DNA of 64,000 bases. Origin: Thermoproteota archaeon (GTDB lineage: Archaea; Thermoproteota; Thermoprotei; Thermofilales; B9-G17). This document shows positions 26,941 through 36,713 of this stretch, piece by piece. The translations under genes were made by a program, and so were the position numbers. The stretch spans positions 12,056 to 76,055 of the forward strand of contig JAPDJW010000019.1 of the NCBI GenBank assembly GCA_029258885.1, written 5' to 3'. How positions within the stretch are numbered: the stretch's first letter is position 1; each line of letters opens with the position of its first letter. A model generated the notes under the pieces. It made no database searches and was not told where the DNA came from. It saw nothing but the letters and a program-made list of their open reading frames with translations.

Positions 26941-28233
26941 TTGAGGGTAGGCTATAGTAGATCCGTTATTACTCCACCCATAGGAACCTTTATGGCTGGC
27001 TACGCCGCTAGAACTAAGCCGTCGATAGGGGTACACGACGAGTTATACGTCAGAGCAATATACGTTGAGGATGGGGAGGAGAAGTTTATATCGTTAGCCC
27101 TAGACATACTCGGCGTTGACGTGGAGCTAGCGTCCAGGATATCGGAGATAATAAGCAAAGAGCTTCCGATCGAACGTGAAAAGATAATGATTTCGGCAAC
27201 CCATACACATGCTGGACCAGATATTCAGGGAGACTACTCTCAGATCAGGAATTACCTTAGGGAATATATAGTTGATGCATGCTGTGGAGCGGCTATGGCC
27301 GCGTATAATAACTTAAGAGAGGTATCGGTTGTACAAGGCGTTGGCTCCGTTGAGGGAATAACCGTTAACAGGAGGAATCCGGTAAAGGGTTCCGTTGACC
27401 CAAGGCTGCACGTTATCGGATTTAGGGTCGGCAGATGTCCCTATGCGGCAATTATAAACTTTACCTGTCATGCAGTTGTTCTAGGCCATAATAACCTGTA
27501 CATTAGTGCTGATTATCCAGGTACGCTGAATAAATATGTAGAGATTTTAACTGGAGCTAAATCACTCTTCCTAAACGGCACCTGTGGCGACATTAACCCA
27601 TATACTCCGGGAACAGACCTAAATAGGGTTTACGATAGAAGCGTTGGAACGTTCGACGACGTGGAATGGATGGGTAAGATACTCGCATGCGAGGCCGTGA
27701 AAACGATGTTGCTAAGGGAAGCTGAGGACGGTCGTCTATATATTAGGGCTAAGAAGCTGAGGATTGGAGTCAGGAAGCCGTATACTTTATCCGAAGCCGA
27801 GGAAATGCTCAGAAGAGCTGAGGAGAAGTACAAGGAGGCTCAGAAGAGCGGGGATTCGAAGAAGATAATTGAAGCCAGCTATGAGCGCTGGTTGGCTAGA
27901 AAAACATATGACACATTGAAGATCTACAAGGATATAGATGCAATAGAAACATGGATGGGTGCGGTAAGTTTCAGCCCGTCATGTGCCATGGTTTTCCTGC
28001 CAAGTGAAATTGTAGTTAAAGTTGGACTTGAGATTAAACGTAGATCTCCATTTGAAAATACGGTTGTCGTTGCGTATACTAACGGGTACTTCGGCTATAT
28101 TCCGATGCTCGACGAATATGAGAAAGGCGGCTATGAAACAATATTTCCTGTCTCAATAGTGGAGAAGGGCACGGGAGAAAAACTCATAGATGAGGCGATA
28201 TCACTGCTAATGCATCTTAGGTCCCTCTACTAA
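26941..28233 (+). CDS. Neutral/alkaline ceramidase-family amidohydrolase
   Basis: ITPPIGTFMAGY, GVHDELYVRA, ISATHTHAGP, NFTCHA, ISADYPG, NGTCGDINP, GYIP...GGYE. Confidence 0.85.
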   Translation: MRVGYSRSVITPPIGTFMAGYAARTKPSIGVHDELYVRAIYVEDGEEKFISLALDILGVDVELASRISEIISKELPIEREKIMISATHTHAGPDIQGDYSQIRNYLREYIVDACCGAAMAAYNNLREVSVVQGVGSVEGITVNRRNPVKGSVDPRLHVIGFRVGRCPYAAIINFTCHAVVLGHNNLYISADYPGTLNKYVEILTGAKSLFLNGTCGDINPYTPGTDLNRVYDRSVGTFDDVEWMGKILACEAVKTMLLREAEDGRLYIRAKKLRIGVRKPYTLSEAEEMLRRAEEKYKEAQKSGDSKKIIEASYERWLARKTYDTLKIYKDIDAIETWMGAVSFSPSCAMVFLPSEIVVKVGLEIKRRSPFENTVVVAYTNGYFGYIPMLDEYEKGGYETIFPVSIVEKGTGEKLIDEAISLLMHLRSLY

Positions 28234-28499
28234 ACCTCCATGGAACGTAGTCATAGTTGATTTACCTTATACTTGGGAACTTTAATCTTTTCTCGCTTCT
28301 CCATGGCTTAGGCAATTTAGCTTCAAAATAATGTATACTTCTATTCCTTCCTTAAGTTAACTATTCCTCTATCATTAGTATCATTAGGATTGTATATCGG
28401 GTGACATTACGATTGGTTTACTATTAGACCATGCAATGATATTCTCAGCTAAATCTAAAGCTCCTAAGGTTCATTTCATGATGCCAATAAAACGAGAAG

Positions 28500-29285
28500 C
28501 TAGGAGATAATGATAGGATATCGAGTAAAATAAATAATTCCCTCATCACTTAATAAGCTACTTAGTATAGTATCTTTTAAAAGAGTCTCTAGCGCCATTT
28601 TATTGCCATCTATTACTAATGTATTTTTAACTAATCTAACGCCGTGGCTGTAGTCGTAGTAGCTTGCCTTATGTACAATGCTTAGGGGCTGTATTGGTTT
28701 GCCATTGGGGTAATGCCAGCCGTAGATAGCAACTCTATCTGGGTGTTTTAAAAGCTTATTTGTAATGACCACGTCCTTTTTATGGCCTGCGGTTAACGCT
28801 CCTAATGGTTTACCTCTCCGCTGGTTTTCGATGAGCATTTGATGTAGGAGGAATATTAGGGGCGACGTGATATCGTATTTTCTTACGTCTATTGGCTGGG
28901 GATTTAGCTTAACTTTTGCGTGGCGCCATATATCGTCGACGATCTTTTTCGTGGGTAGTAGGCAGTTGAGTTGGTCGGCTATTCTTTGGGCTGTTTGTGG
29001 CGTCATTGGTATCCGTATGAAGTCCCTATCGGAGCCTACTGATAGATAGTCTGGTAGAACCCAGTAGGCAACTCTATGCCTTTCCCCGTTTAAGTCGACT
29101 CCGACCGTCTCTATTTTAACGAATTTCCTGAGGAAGCTCGGAATATTGCCGCTTATAATTTCACTGTAGATGGCTTTATCCCTCTCTTCAGGCGGCAGTG
29201 TGGCTAGGTACTTGGTGAATTCGCTTCCAGTAAGTGCCTCCTCATCCCTAGGTGGGATTTTCAACAGTATTTTCGATGAAGCCAT
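28500..29285 (-). CDS. Conserved hypothetical protein resembling a bacterial uncharacterised family
   Basis: IPPR..ALTGSEF, PDYLSVGSDRDFIRIPMTP, GHKKDVV, AIYGWHYPNGKPIQPL...H...YYDYSHGVRLV (recognised from memory). Confidence 0.6.
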   Translation of the reverse strand: MASSKILLKIPPRDEEALTGSEFTKYLATLPPEERDKAIYSEIISGNIPSFLRKFVKIETVGVDLNGERHRVAYWVLPDYLSVGSDRDFIRIPMTPQTAQRIADQLNCLLPTKKIVDDIWRHAKVKLNPQPIDVRKYDITSPLIFLLHQMLIENQRRGKPLGALTAGHKKDVVITNKLLKHPDRVAIYGWHYPNGKPIQPLSIVHKASYYDYSHGVRLVKNTLVIDGNKMALETLLKDTILSSLLSDEGIIYFTRYPIIIS

Positions 29286-29429
29286 ACTTAAAGGAGAGAG
29301 CTAACCTATAAATTTCTCACGGCTACAACTATTGACCGGAATTAGCCGAAATAAATCAAGGCTTAAGTTAAATAATGATAAAATTAGGTTTAAAATAAGG
29401 GAGGAATAATAGCTAGGTAAAAAATTAGT

Positions 29430-30611
29430 TTATTTTATGAGTGGTCTTTCCCTTAAGACTCTCCGTATTTTGATGTCCTCTACTAGCTCTAGGAGCTTCT
29501 GGTATGCTAATATCCTTGCTATATTCTTTGATCCTAGTGGTGCCGGCCTCTTCATGTAGAAGGCGTTTATCTCGTATACTGTTCCACTTAGTCCGGCATC
29601 TAGCGCTAGCTTGCCTAGTCTGGCTAGGTCGACCATGTAGCCTGCTAGTGCTGGGCTGTCGTTTATTCTCATGTTTACTATTATCTCGTCTACTGCACCG
29701 TTGAACGACTCGTACATTATGTGCATTGCTACGAACTTCTTGTCTCCGAGGGGTTCAAGGTATCCCGTTGGCCTAATGTAGTGTGGAACATCATATCCCA
29801 GGATGTCCTGTACAACGCTTGACTTTGTGAACCTCTTTGCCCTGTTTCTACGGTCGTCGAGCAGTGCTAGGAAGTCCGTGTTTCCACCAATGTTGAACTG
29901 TGCAATCGAATATACCCTGCGAGCTCTCTCCCTTAGATGTTCTAGGAGGTCTGCTGTCAATGGTGTGGCACCCGTAGCTCCATCGTCTCCAAGTATTAAT
30001 GCATCGAATTTCTTGGCCGCATCGACTATAGCTGGGCTGTTGGCTACGGGTGTCGGTATAAGGTTTATGTAGGCGACTGGTTGAACCTCCTGTGCATACT
30101 TTAACGCTAAGTAGGCGTATACCTGTGATGGAGCCGCAGCTCCCTCTAGGACGTCCTCCTCATATTTGCTCCAGTCCTCGTATACCTCGCCTTCCTGAGT
30201 TGTGGTTACGTCGAGTATGACGTCTGGTTTAAGCCTCCTCAGCAGCTCATATACCTTGTCTAGTGCCTCCTGATAATCCTCGTCGATGTTCCTAACGGGG
30301 AATAGGTCGTCGACTAGGTTCATGCTGATTCCAGGGTAAACCCTGACGTTCTTTAGAGTCTCTGGCACGTTATCCATCCTATAGAACTTCCTCGCCACGT
30401 CGTATATTGTCTGCCCTACCTTCCTCGCATCTACCTCTATTGTGCCGACTACCTCGACTTCATCGATACTTACGCCTAAGTCTACGTCAGCTAGTGGTAC
30501 GCCGTATGGCTTTATCTCGCCTGCCTTTATCCTCTCCAATCCTACGCTAAATGTTGTTCCAACCATACCTAAGCCTAATATGACTGTCCTAACCATAACA
30601 ACCACCCCCAC
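29430..30611 (-). CDS. ino1: myo-inositol-1-phosphate synthase
   Basis: GDDGATGATPL, QFNIGGNTDFL, KRFTKS, GDKKF, INDSPALAG. Confidence 0.95.
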   Translation of the reverse strand: MGVVVMVRTVILGLGMVGTTFSVGLERIKAGEIKPYGVPLADVDLGVSIDEVEVVGTIEVDARKVGQTIYDVARKFYRMDNVPETLKNVRVYPGISMNLVDDLFPVRNIDEDYQEALDKVYELLRRLKPDVILDVTTTQEGEVYEDWSKYEEDVLEGAAAPSQVYAYLALKYAQEVQPVAYINLIPTPVANSPAIVDAAKKFDALILGDDGATGATPLTADLLEHLRERARRVYSIAQFNIGGNTDFLALLDDRRNRAKRFTKSSVVQDILGYDVPHYIRPTGYLEPLGDKKFVAMHIMYESFNGAVDEIIVNMRINDSPALAGYMVDLARLGKLALDAGLSGTVYEINAFYMKRPAPLGSKNIARILAYQKLLELVEDIKIRRVLRERPLIK

Positions 30612-31018
30612 AAGCGTGATATAATCTTAGTTTATTTATTGTATATAATATGGAGAGAAATGTGCATAAACCAATAGCATAAATAATGTAAATACTCTTC
30701 TATATAAACTTTTCGCCAGAAAAGAGGCTAATTAGAACACTTTTTAATTTTTAGAAAGTTATAGGGTGATGGAATCTAGTTGACCTAGAGTTATTCGATG
30801 TATCGTATAAGGAAATAATCATGTTAGAGTGCTAGATAGAGGTTTACCCTGATACCATTATACTGTGTTATTGATGCATATAGTTTGCTCACAGTTTAAA
30901 ACGTTGCTATAGCTGGAATGTTGTTAGTCAGCGTAATATATATAATGATTTGCTATATATTTTCATGAAAATGGATGATAGAAAATGAGACTAAGATTTT
31001 GTTTACCTTATTCTACAA

Positions 31019-32182
31019 TTGATGTATGGAGGTGAGATTATTAAAAGCTATGAAATAGATAATGCGCTTTTAGTCTACACTGTATTATTGTTGCTTACCC
31101 TCACCTATATTTTCTCTTCCTACAAGCCTATTATCTTTAACTCCCTTATGTTGGCCGTTATAGATGTAGCTATTGTTCTCCTATGGTTTATAAATCCTAT
31201 TAGATTGAGGAGAGCTGTTCAAATGAAGTCTAGGGCTTTAAGCTACATAGAATTTATAACGGGGAGAACCTCGAGATTCTACCTTGCTATAATCCTTATT
31301 ATAGCCTTCCTAGCCTCTAGCCTAATTCGAAGCTCCCCTATAGTTGTGGTGTTCAGTTCTAGAAACTGCTCCTGTTGTGTAGAGCAGATTAACCTATTTA
31401 AGGATAAGTTTAGGGAGCTATATGTTATTGAACGTGATATATATTCTAGCTCCCTCTATGAAGATGTTTTAATGGAAATATATGGCACGTTATCTATTCA
31501 GGGATATGGCGTACCTCTTTCGATCGCTATAGTGGATTCTAGAATTGTAGCTGTTGTTGGCTGTATAGGTAACTACAGCTTTTGGAATAGGATTTTTAAT
31601 GATGAAAGCATTTATGACAGCATATTTTCTACTCAGGAGTACCGTGTGTTAGATAAGCATGTGGCTGATAGAATACTCTATCTCAGTATACTTGTTAGGG
31701 CATATGATTACGTATATCTATCCATACTAGCTCTACTACTTCTTCTTCTAGCATCTATCGTATGCGTTAAAGTAGCTCCGCTGAACTTACAGGGTTTGGT
31801 GAATATTAACTTAACCTTATTTACTGTGTTTGCTATTCAGTTTCTCGTAGGTTATCCGTTAGTTAACTATGTATCGTTAGGTGTTTTTACGCTATTCTCA
31901 ATTTTCCTGATTGTTGCTGCAAGCGTTTATAGGCTCCCTGTAGATGGTGGAGGTGTATTGAGCTTCTCGTATCCATTTCTACTACTATTTAACTATATGT
32001 TGTATACAAAGCATATTGATACTTGGCTTTTAGTGCCTTCAACATTCTTGGTGGTTAATACAATATGGTTTACCGTAAAGTTTCTTAGCGAGAGAGTAAG
32101 TCGAGTAAACAAGATTCTACAGGTACTTGAGGTAGTAATCGGCTTAACTATAACGGATCTAGCATTATTAGTGTATTATTAG
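31019..32182 (+). CDS. Multi-pass membrane protein with a thioredoxin/glutaredoxin-like CxxC insert
   Basis: TM segments flank VVVFSSRNCSCCVEQ...YGVPLSIAIVD. Confidence 0.55.
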   Translation: MMYGGEIIKSYEIDNALLVYTVLLLLTLTYIFSSYKPIIFNSLMLAVIDVAIVLLWFINPIRLRRAVQMKSRALSYIEFITGRTSRFYLAIILIIAFLASSLIRSSPIVVVFSSRNCSCCVEQINLFKDKFRELYVIERDIYSSSLYEDVLMEIYGTLSIQGYGVPLSIAIVDSRIVAVVGCIGNYSFWNRIFNDESIYDSIFSTQEYRVLDKHVADRILYLSILVRAYDYVYLSILALLLLLLASIVCVKVAPLNLQGLVNINLTLFTVFAIQFLVGYPLVNYVSLGVFTLFSIFLIVAASVYRLPVDGGGVLSFSYPFLLLFNYMLYTKHIDTWLLVPSTFLVVNTIWFTVKFLSERVSRVNKILQVLEVVIGLTITDLALLVYY

Positions 32183-32289
32183 CAGAGCTTATAGCATCTC
32201 ATATTCAAAAATGTAGTAAAGAGCAGTTATCATATCATTAATAAGGAGTGCGTAGAAAGTACTTTGTAATACTGCTAAAACCCTGAAGG

Positions 32290-32620
32290 TGGCATAATAT
32301 TTATCGATGAACTGTATATTAACGGTAAACAGCTAACATGAGCTTTTGATATAAACATGTCCCACAAGAGAATCTAGGTGTATTTATCAGCTAGGAGGCT
32401 CTTTAACGACTATATGCTGTATCGATATGAAAATTGGTTGCTACCAGTCTCGACCCCAGAGAAAACGTTGCTGGATACTATATACTATAATTATCCCTTC
32501 CAGGACGAGATAGTTGATGATTTAATTAATAAGATAAGCATCCTTAAAATAAGGAATTTGCTTAAAGAGCTGCCATATCCCAAGAGGGTTAAAGAGAAAA
32601 TATCTAAAATGTTAAAATAA
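32290..32620 (+). pseudogene. C-terminal remnant of an AbiEi/COG5340-like protein
   Basis: LPVSTPEKTLLDTIYY motif. The upstream part of the same frame has in-frame stops. Confidence 0.55.
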
Positions 32621-33076
32621 AGCTGTTAGGCTGGATGTTATGCTACACTAAGATTTCCATATATGAAGCCATTTACGTGTACCTTATGGAATACGTAATT
32701 GGCGGATAACTACTTAAATTATTTTCTTTAGGTTAGGGCTGTTGATCTAAATGTAAATAGATTCTTATTCTGATTAACGGTTATATATTCGGGTTATAGA
32801 GGAATTATGACTTAGGTATATGATGATTAGGATTAAAGATTAATTTCACAGGAAGTTTTAATTCTATCTTGTACTCTATTCTAGGAGAATTATCTGGTGG
32901 ACTTATACACTCTGAAATAACAGCACTAGTGGTTGGAAATCTGATGAATTCTCAATACATAGTTTTAGGGAAAAATTTAAATTTACCTGTATAGTAGAAA
33001 TATATGAATATATTTGTACGCTAACTTGCTTCTATGATTCATTTATCCCAATAATTATTTAATAGGGTGATTTAAA

Positions 33077-33871
33077 ATGATGTTAGATGCTATAGTGCTT
33101 GCAGCTGGATTAAGTGAGAGGTTTAGGGAGGCTGGCTATGGATTTAAGGTAGTTGCTCCAGTTGGCTCTATACCACTCATAGTGTATCCTTTAATGAGCC
33201 TAAAGGCATCCGGTATTAGTAGGATAGTTATCGTCGCTAATCCCGAAAATAAACGCTTACTAGAGGAGGTTATTGAGGAGTGGTTCGTGGATTTAAATGT
33301 AAGGTTTATAGTCAATAATGATGTATCGAGGGAGAACGGCTACAGCCTATACTTAGCCTGCAGGAGTGTTGGAACAGATAGTTTTCTACTCTCCATGGCT
33401 GACCACCTGTATCCGCATAGTATTCCACGTAAACTTATAGAGGCTAGGGAAAACGTGGAGTGGGATATAATCGTCGCTGGGGATAGGAACCCATTATACG
33501 TGGATATTTCCGAGGCTACGCTTATAGATGCATCTAACGGCAGGGTTCTTAAGGTGGGTAAAGGGTTAAAGCGTTGGAGATATGTTGATGCAGGAGTATT
33601 TCTAATGAGGAAGAGTGTTCTTGAAGTACTTGAGAACATGGTAAGGGAGAGATACGTTGTTAAGCTCAGCGACATCCTCAATACGGCTATTAGGATGGGG
33701 TACAGTGTTCTAGTAGCTGATATAACCGGTATCCCCTGGACCGAGTTGGATTCACTTGAGGATTACCGCTCCATTCTGTATGGTGTTAGGAAAAAAGTTG
33801 TTGAGGAGGTGGTGAAGGAATGGGGAAAATTATTGGAAAACGTACAGATGGTCCAATCTCACGCCATATAA
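33077..33871 (+). CDS. dipA: CTP:inositol-1-phosphate cytidylyltransferase (IPCT)
   Basis: AIVLAAGLSERF, RENGYSL, LSMADH, DAGVF, WTELDSLED. Adjacent to DIPPS and about 2.5 kb from ino1. Confidence 0.85.
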   Translation: MMLDAIVLAAGLSERFREAGYGFKVVAPVGSIPLIVYPLMSLKASGISRIVIVANPENKRLLEEVIEEWFVDLNVRFIVNNDVSRENGYSLYLACRSVGTDSFLLSMADHLYPHSIPRKLIEARENVEWDIIVAGDRNPLYVDISEATLIDASNGRVLKVGKGLKRWRYVDAGVFLMRKSVLEVLENMVRERYVVKLSDILNTAIRMGYSVLVADITGIPWTELDSLEDYRSILYGVRKKVVEEVVKEWGKLLENVQMVQSHAI

Positions 33872-34452
33872 ATAGAAAGTTTTCAAGTAAAATTACTAGC
33901 TTCATACTAAGACACGATATACCGGTTACTCCAAACCAAGTTTCGCTAATAAGCTTCCTGACGGCAGTGGTAGGCGCCCTACTCTACCTGTGGCGGCTTG
34001 ATCCAGTAGCGGGAATACTTGTACAGCTGGCGTCAATAGTGGATGGAGTTGATGGTGAGCTGGCGAGAGCTAGGAGTATGGCGTCGCCAGTCGGTGCATT
34101 CCTTGACTCGCTGTTGGATAGAATTGCTGATGCCTTCGTCATTTCAATGCTTACTCTCACGGCCTTCTGGATTTATGGGTGGCAGGCCTTTCTCGTAGGC
34201 ATTATAGCCCTCTTCGGAAGCCTTATGGTTAGCTATATTCACGCACAGGGTGTCACTAACCTGAAGGTGGCCGTATCGGAGATCGGTAAAGTTAGAACCT
34301 TTGCATCAAGGGATGTGAGGTTATTCATAGTCTTCCTTGGAAGCATATTCTTTAGGCCATTGGAAACACTAATAGTTTTAGCAATTATAACTCACAGCTA
34401 CTATATCCCAAAGATGATAGATGTTTATCTCTATTATAGGAAGAGGGATTAG
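33820..34452 (+). CDS. dipB: Di-myo-inositol-phosphate phosphate synthase (DIPPS; CDP-alcohol phosphotransferase)
   Basis: KRTDGPISRHINRKFS, TPNQVS, SIVDGVDGELAR, GAFLDSLLDR, ASRDVRLF. Confidence 0.88.
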   Translation: MGKIIGKRTDGPISRHINRKFSSKITSFILRHDIPVTPNQVSLISFLTAVVGALLYLWRLDPVAGILVQLASIVDGVDGELARARSMASPVGAFLDSLLDRIADAFVISMLTLTAFWIYGWQAFLVGIIALFGSLMVSYIHAQGVTNLKVAVSEIGKVRTFASRDVRLFIVFLGSIFFRPLETLIVLAIITHSYYIPKMIDVYLYYRKRD

Positions 34453-34556
34453 TGAACATTAGGAAATAATAGGCTTAATTTAGTTAGCGGAGAATATAAG
34501 CTGTAATAATAGCCGTCTAGGAAAGGCTTAAGTTTACTAAAGGATACACTATTGCC

Positions 34557-35528
34557 ATGGTTAAGGTAATTATCTACGAACCGGGATACGAGGAGGAGAT
34601 AGTATCTCTATGGAATAAGTGTCTATATAGGGATCCTATAAATATCGAGGTTTTCGAGAGAAAGATACTTCTCGACCCTAACTTCAGCCATGACGGGTTC
34701 TTAATAGCTATTAAAGATGGTAAACCCGTAGGTTTCGCGTATAACGTAGTTAGGAGATATCCTCTGCTTAAGGATGAGGATGAAAGGGATAAGGATAGGG
34801 GATGGATTGTAGCCTTCGGAGTTGATCCTGCGGTTAAAGGCAGTGAAGTCGGGGATATACTAATAGAGAAATCCCTTGAATACCATAGGAAGATGGAGAG
34901 AAGAATTGTCCTTTACTCCCCCTATATACCCAACTACTTTTTCCCAGGTATCGATGTCGAGGCATACCCCCATGAATACAATATTCTATTAAGGCACGGC
35001 TTCACGGAGGTTGCTGGTGCAGAGAGTTATGCCATGGACGCCGACCTGTGGCCCGACTTTAAATTCCCGGAGGATATACTTGAGAAGGAGAGGAGATTGA
35101 AGCTTAAGGGCATTGAAATAGTGAAGTTATCTACTAAATACATCTATCCCTTCATGAGCTTTATGAAAAACCACATGCCAGCCGACTGGTATAGGCATGC
35201 TAGGGAATTATTGCTGCATAATCGGAAGGAGCAGATAATTATAGCTGTTAAGGACGGCGAGGTAGTTGGCTACTGTCAGTTCTGGAACGGCGAAGGATAT
35301 AGCTGGCATGCTCCGGGTGCGCACTTCGGTCCCTTTGGCGTCAGGGAGGATATGAGGGGCATGGGGATAGGTTCAGTTCTGCTGTATAGGTGTCTGGTTG
35401 CTATGAGGGAATATGGTATTCATAGGGCGTTCCTCCTCTGGACGGGGGAGAGGGCCCGCAGGCTATATGAGAGGTTCGGATTTAGGGTAACACGTAGATT
35501 TAAGATCATGAGGAAGGTCCTCGGGTGA
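34557..35528 (+). CDS. Tandem-domain GNAT N-acetyltransferase
   Basis: Two GNAT halves: GWIVAFGVDP..KGSEVG and HFGPFGVREDMRGMGIGSVLL...ARRLYERFGF. Confidence 0.9.
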   Translation: MVKVIIYEPGYEEEIVSLWNKCLYRDPINIEVFERKILLDPNFSHDGFLIAIKDGKPVGFAYNVVRRYPLLKDEDERDKDRGWIVAFGVDPAVKGSEVGDILIEKSLEYHRKMERRIVLYSPYIPNYFFPGIDVEAYPHEYNILLRHGFTEVAGAESYAMDADLWPDFKFPEDILEKERRLKLKGIEIVKLSTKYIYPFMSFMKNHMPADWYRHARELLLHNRKEQIIIAVKDGEVVGYCQFWNGEGYSWHAPGAHFGPFGVREDMRGMGIGSVLLYRCLVAMREYGIHRAFLLWTGERARRLYERFGFRVTRRFKIMRKVLG

Positions 35529-36238
35529 CGGTGGTGAGTTCTAGGAGGACGCTGGCTGTTGTAGGCGCCCATGTCGGCGACTGTGAGGTCATGGCTGGTG
35601 GAATTGCCGCTAAGGCTGTTGCTGAGGGATACTCCGTATACTTCATTCACATGACCTATGGTGAGAAGGGTCATCCTAAGCTTAGTCCTGAGGAGTATTT
35701 GAGGCAGAAGAAGCTTGAGGCGGAGATATTCGCTAAAAGGCTGGGAATTAACGTACGCTTCATGGGCCTTAGGGATGGTGAGGTAGAGAATAACGTTGAT
35801 GTAAGGATTAGGTTGGCCGAGCTTATAAGGAGTATAAGGCCTAGCCTCATTATAACCCACTGGAAGGGGAGCATACATAGGGACCATATAGCTACGTATC
35901 AAATAGTTATGGACTCCGTTTTCTATGCAGCCAATAGGTGGTTTAAGGTAAGGGGAGAGCCCTGCTGGGCTAGGGTGTTTTTCGCCGAGAACTGGGAGGA
36001 TCACGATGGTTATCAACCTGAAATATACGTTGATATATCGGATGTCTATGATAAGTGGATTAGCGCACTACGTGAATGCGCCTTCGCACGTGGAGAAACA
36101 GGATTTAACTACATCGACTACTACTCCAGCCTAGCTAGATTGAGAGGGCTTGAATCAGGCACAACCTATGCTCAAACGCTAATGCGGCCTTGGTATCTAC
36201 GTAGAATTAGGATTAAGAGAATGGATGCACTAATATAG
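35525..36238 (+). CDS. PIG-L/LmbE-family deacetylase
   Basis: GAHVGDCE (AHPDDE variant), MTYGEKG, RPSLIITHW..SIHRDH. GTGA overlap with the GNAT gene. Confidence 0.85.
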   Translation: MTVVSSRRTLAVVGAHVGDCEVMAGGIAAKAVAEGYSVYFIHMTYGEKGHPKLSPEEYLRQKKLEAEIFAKRLGINVRFMGLRDGEVENNVDVRIRLAELIRSIRPSLIITHWKGSIHRDHIATYQIVMDSVFYAANRWFKVRGEPCWARVFFAENWEDHDGYQPEIYVDISDVYDKWISALRECAFARGETGFNYIDYYSSLARLRGLESGTTYAQTLMRPWYLRRIRIKRMDALI

Positions 36239-36241
36239 CTG

Positions 36242-36700
36242 CTAGCTATCTTTAATGAACTTAATCCTTGGGTTAAGGCGGTTTTCGATAAATGCTTCAA
36301 TAACTTTTTCTAAATTAAGTTCTTTAGCATAGTATAGGTGGGTGGGGCAGGATCTACAGTCGAATGAACCGAATTTCCTTATGTATGGTTTAAAGCCTCT
36401 AGATAACAGCGAAAGCGATATATTGCATTCAACCCTTTCGGTGCTGTGAGCATATACTATAAGTACGGGTTTAAATAGCTGATTTACCGTGAGATAATCT
36501 ATATGCCACCTAACCTTCTTACTGCTTCTGAGATGTCTGTAAATTCTAGCTCTAAGCCCTCCTGGACCCAGTGCTGAGCCAACATAATAGTAGTATCCCG
36601 GCTTGAACAGCTGGTAGGATAGGCTTCCAACCCTTAATTTAATCTTTCTATTTAGATGTAGGACTAATACGTATACTCCTTTTTCATTTGGTATTTCCAT
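36242..36700 (-). CDS. GIY-YIG nuclease family protein (DUF123)
   Basis: KGVYVLVL, GYYYYVGSALGPGGLRARIYRH, WHIDYL, FGSFDC..C.THL. Confidence 0.9.
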   Translation of the reverse strand: MEIPNEKGVYVLVLHLNRKIKLRVGSLSYQLFKPGYYYYVGSALGPGGLRARIYRHLRSSKKVRWHIDYLTVNQLFKPVLIVYAHSTERVECNISLSLLSRGFKPYIRKFGSFDCRSCPTHLYYAKELNLEKVIEAFIENRLNPRIKFIKDS

Positions 36701-36713
36701 TGGAAAACTCAGC

